A DNA stretch of 64,000 nt, taken from NCBI RefSeq assembly GCF_030144855.1, contig NC_082718.1, forward strand, positions 90,830,001 to 90,894,000. The letters are read 5' to 3'. Below, piece by piece: positions 62,973 through 64,000 of this stretch (the first letter of the stretch is position 1; each line of letters begins with the position of its first letter). The stretch is from Hypanus sabinus (lineage: Eukaryota). The notes under the pieces were generated by a model. That model had not been told where the DNA came from, did no database searches, and saw only the letters and a program-made list of their open reading frames with translations. The translations under genes and the position numbers were made by a program.

Positions 62973-63430
62973 TAGAAAACATAGAAAACCTACAGCACAA
63001 TAAAGGCCCTTCGGCCCACAAAGTTGTGCCGAACATGTCCCTACCTTAGAATTTACTAGGCTTCCTATAGCTCTCTATTTTACTAAGCTCCATGTACCTA
63101 TCTAAAAGCCTCTTAAAAGACACTATCGCATCTGCCTACACCACTGTTGCCGGCAGCCCATTCCATGCACTCACCACTCTGGGTAAAAAAACTTACCCCT
63201 GACATCTACTCTGTACCTACTCCCCAGCACCTTAAACCTGTGTCCTCTTGTGTCAACCATTTCAGCCCTTGGAAAAAGACTGACTATCCACACGATCAAT
63301 GCCTCTCATTATCTTGTGCACCTCTCATCCTCCTTTGCTCCAAGGAGAAAAGGGCGAGTTCACTCAACCTATTCTCATAAGGCATGCTCCCCAATCCAGG
63401 CAACATCCTTGTATATCTCCTCTGCACCTA
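62973..63430 (-). mobile_element. CR1 LINE 3' fragment
   Basis: Closely similar to 32582-33060. Confidence 0.9.
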
Positions 63431-64000
63431 TGATCTTCAAGGTAACATTCTTTTTCATAAACTATGGCAGAGATTGAAAATACTGTAAAATAGGAGAATA
63501 GAAGATGTCTGTCTTCCCTGTTCTCTGGTGTATCCTGATTTTTCATTGTTTCTTTGTTCTGCTTTATTAGTGTCTATAAATTCTCATTCATTTTACAAAA
63601 TTTGTTCCATCTTTGAAAGAGTTTTTGAAATTTAATTTATTCCAAAAATAAGGTTTAATGCAAACAAATTATTGTTCTATTTTAATTAACGATTTTTGAG
63701 ATTGGAAGAACTCAGGATGTTAGATAAACGTGTCCTGTGTTTTACTGTGCACAACTTAAGTCTGGTAGTTAAATGGGCTATGATCTCATATTTATACTGT
63801 TTAATCTGTCTGGTCCATGAGCACTGCCTTGATCCTTTTTATTTTGCATTACTTATGTATTTGTAATTTTAGTAATTTTGTGCCTTTGCATTGTACTGCG
63901 AAATGACAAAATTTGCATCTAATAGAACAGTGATAATAAACCTAATTCTGGTGAAGGCTCCTTTCCTTTCAAGGCATCATAGTAAATGTTGATGACTGGA

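Overview
Vertebrate genomic DNA, AT-rich and transposon-dense. The repeat families (CR1, L2/Rex1-type LINEs, HE1-like V-SINE, Penelope relics) suggest a cartilaginous fish, probably a ray; this is an inference. The window holds the syntenic block CAMKK2 - ANAPC5 - RNF34. On the minus strand lie the first coding exon and CpG-rich promoter of CAMKK2 (gene continues left of the window) and a complete 17-coding-exon ANAPC5 (48884 to 12315; 2286 nt, 761 aa, all GT-AG introns with consistent phases). On the plus strand, head-to-head with ANAPC5, lie the promoter and coding exons 1-3 of RNF34. Introns contain three near-full-length Tc1/mariner relics, a hAT/Charlie element, several solo LTRs, a near-full-length CR1 LINE and many LINE fragments, often nested. 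The main unexplained structure is a near-identical second copy of ANAPC5 exon 5 with both splice sites (40413-40479), inserted into a CR1 LINE in intron 4. Alone it would be an in-frame substitute; spliced together with exon 5 it would create an immediate stop codon. Other leads: degenerate minimal hammerhead-ribozyme cores in Penelope relics, an inverted LINE pair bracketing ANAPC5 exons 9-16, and a four-level transposon nest. All calls were made by eye without searches; repeat boundaries are approximate unless a TSD or TIR is quoted.
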